Shown here one piece after another: positions 61,055 through 64,000 of a stretch of 64,000 nt of DNA (positions are counted from its first letter, which is position 1; each line of letters opens with the position of its first letter). The stretch comes from Oculina patagonica. Taxonomy: Eukaryota. The stretch is from contig NC_135768.1 of NCBI RefSeq assembly GCF_052425735.1, forward strand, positions 8,742,001 through 8,806,000. Reading direction: 5' to 3'. A model generated the notes under the pieces. It worked only from the letters and a program-made list of their open reading frames with translations, searched no databases and was not told the origin of the DNA. The translations under genes were made by a program, and so were the position numbers.

Positions 61055-63454
61055 ATCACCAATTTATTATCATTGTGAATATATATCACTTAGCCCCACT
61101 GACGTGCCACACGTCTTGCTGTAAAAATTGAAAAAAGTTCTGAAGTTGTTGGCCAAAATTGCGTGCTAATTCGTCTCAGCTAGAATGTTGAACGGTTAAC
61201 TGTCATTTCCGATCTCCATTTTATGGCAGGAACCGCTGTTGAGGAGATAAACCGTTAGTCGGCGCGTTGTCTTAAGCCAACACACTACACTTATTGACCT
61301 TACTGATGTCGAAATAAAACCGCAAATTATAAACAAAATGACTAGAATCAAAATATGTACAAATAAAGCCTTGAAAAACCTTAAATCGTTTGTTTTAGTA
61401 ATATAAGAATTTACTCATACCGCGAAAGGAATATACGAGTCATTTTTGCAATTACTGTTTTATTTAAAATATTGTACAATTGTGTAAACGTGAGCAGAAA
61501 AACGTGAGTATGCGTGGGTGTAGTGTTAGTAGTACATAACGGGCCAAGTCGGGTCATTTGACGTGTTCTGAACAAACGCGGAACATTTGGCATGTCACGA
61601 TTACATGATTTTGATTTTATTGATAAGCCGCTTTTAAATAGGTCGTAGGAGGGCTATTAAAGCTCTGGCGAGAAAAGACGTCATGTACTCTATCAAAGAT
61701 CCTATGCGTATCACCTCATTTTTTACAAACCGCATTTAACGTAATGCTGAAAAGCTCTTGCAAGCTCTTACTTTCTAATCAGTTTCATGCCGATACAGTG
61801 CTTTCTGAAGGTCGTCATAAAGGCATCGATATTTTTACATTATTTTCAATTTTGTGGTGCGATAATAATATAAAAAAGATATTAAAAACGTTCCAGAGTG
61901 AAAGAATGTAATCTGCACTGTATCATGACTGCATACTATTTCTATACCAAAGCAAATCACCGACATAACGAACGCATGTTATTTGGTTGTAGCTATAGTT
62001 ATTGACAACACTTTATATGGGGCTCAAATTTAGGCACATTACTCTTTATTCTCCATATTTGTGATTTCTGACTAATCTTCTCAGTTCAGACAAAAGTATT
62101 TCAATTGGTTCATGGTATTGATGCAAACTTGAGCCATATGAGAATTTTGAAAGCTCAAGAGGGCTCATCAATGAATACAGTAAGCGCTGGCTTGTAATGG
62201 TTCAACATAAAATGTTTGTGTTATTATGTTGGAGATGATATTTCGACAACTATTTGAACTATTTTTAAGAGTGAGCCTTCAAAGTTGTAGATAAATATAA
62301 ATGTTTCGGGTAAACAAATTGCGAGAGACTCAGAAATTAAAAGCAAGATTCTTTTGTCCGCTTTTCCGCCTCTGAATTTAAAAATTTGTATGCTTATCAA
62401 AATGATACTGTCTATAGTACACGATGAATTTGTAATTAGTTTCGAGAACAGAAAAAAATGTCGAAGAGATGTTAAATAGTCACACAAATTCCATTCAACA
62501 CGTTACAAAATGTTCTCGAATATCTGTCAACATAACCTTAGGCCGCCGCGCCAAGCAGATTCAATATATTGATACATGTACCAATAAATGTTGACTGAAT
62601 GTTTAAACCATCCGTCATTGCTGTATTGGACACAGTAATAAATTAAAATGGTCAAGATTGATTTCAGAAGCATGTAAAAATATGTAACACGCTTACCTTT
62701 TCGCAGAATGATCGAAGGCGACTTCAACTGACCAAGTTATGTGAACCCATCAAATAATCCGTTGGGTAAACATTTGGCTTGCTTTACCAACTAAAGTTTG
62801 ACAACTTCTGCTCTCTAATGTAAGTTTAATTACTGCTTAACTTCAAAACAGGGACCGGAAGTGCTTAAGCTAGAAACGTCAGCTATGCGTGCCAACCGTG
62901 CCCATCATGCATTGCACACAGTTTATTCCAAAGTTATAAATTGAAAATTAATGCAAGAAAATTGAAACTTAATTTTATACAGAGTTGAAATACGGTAGCT
63001 TCATCTTGCGTTTTTATCACGGCTACCTTATAATAAGTAGAATAAACATAGCAGTGATAGCGTGCCTTAGCTTTAATTCGAACAGGGCTAAAGAAAACTC
63101 AATATCCGTTTTAAGGTGGTTTCTAGTGGCGGATTCAGATGTGCTCGAAAACGGGGTTGTGAGGTGGGAAGGAAGTAAAGATGTGACTACTCTTGCTTAA
63201 TAAGGAAGAAAGAAGGGCGCAAATTCTTCGGACCCGGATTAAAAAGAGAAAAGACGAAGAAGAAATATGATGCCTCGGAGAAGTAAGAACATACGCCTTT
63301 GCCTCAGTGAAGGTGAATATCATTACAAAAGAACTAAATTTGCGTGTTACGTCTGGGGAAACGTCGTGATTTGTCAGTGGCAAGTTGTCAGTGTGTTAAG
63401 TGATGTTAACTATGTTAACTAATTTTCAGTTCTATTCACTGTTTAATTAGTCTC

Positions 63455-63795
63455 GAAACCAGCGAGGCTAGAACACGCAAGAAAAGAACACGCAAAAGCC
63501 ATGTATTTAAATATAGAATACCTAAATGTTTTTCCAAGATCCATATGCGAATGGCATTCCTTGCCCCAAAGATTGTGAATTCTAGTTCATTTCAAAGTTT
63601 TAAAACCAAATTAGTTTTTTTTTGTAAATGTGTTAATATGCAAAGCTAGAAAATAGGACTAAATAAAAAAAATCTTCTTTAATTTTTAGATATTTTTTTA
63701 TTTTGTTTTATTCAGCTTTACACTTGTAATCTATTTTAAGGGAGAGTTGGTATGATGTCTCACGTCTTTACCGAATAAAAATAAATGTATATGTA
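63455..63795 (+). mobile_element. L2/CR1-group LINE 3' fragment
   Basis: FPRSICEWHSLP / IVNSSSFQSFKTKL remnant, then a 3' UTR ending AATAAAAATAAA. Confidence 0.7.
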
Positions 63796-63822
63796 GATGA
63801 ACCAAGGCACATAGCGCAAAGT

Positions 63823-63940
63823 AGGCCAGTCTCGATATATTAGAATTTTAGCTCAGTTGGCTTCGAGTCTTGGGGAATAAAACAAAAGATATTAAGCCTC
63901 GGAGCCAAGTTAAAACTCTATAATATATCGAACATGGCCT
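63823..63940. mobile_element. Short MITE
   Basis: AGGCCAGTCTCGATATATTA ... TAATATATCGAACATGGCCT. Confidence 0.7.
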
Positions 63941-64000
63941 ATAACCTCCTTTCTTGACTTGCTTCCAGCCTCTTTCATTGCTCAAGGTTATCCTTTAATT

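Overview
AT-rich, intron-containing eukaryotic DNA. The repeat families and the DMRT type suggest an anthozoan, probably a stony coral (inference). All three protein-coding loci are on the minus strand. (1) The first 24 coding exons of PSME4/PA200 (proteasome activator), 19805 down to 168, continuing off the left edge; its introns carry nested MITEs, SINEs, a Helentron-like element and a THAP-bearing foldback transposon. (2) A type II membrane PA14-domain ORF (B4GALNT3/4-like, 24681-23557) that stops before any glycosyltransferase domain, next to a TTAA-type transposon end. (3) A two-coding-exon DMRT gene (31521-29725, 399 aa) with DM and DMA domains, an eh1-like motif and an unusual C-terminal C4 zinc ribbon. 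The upstream ~32 kb (32-64 kb) has no recognisable protein-coding gene. It contains two similar promoter/first-exon-like modules ~10.5 kb apart, several juxtaposed AG|GTRAG sites on the DMRT strand, and CRE/RFX motifs. All motif counts were made by eye; no searches were run.
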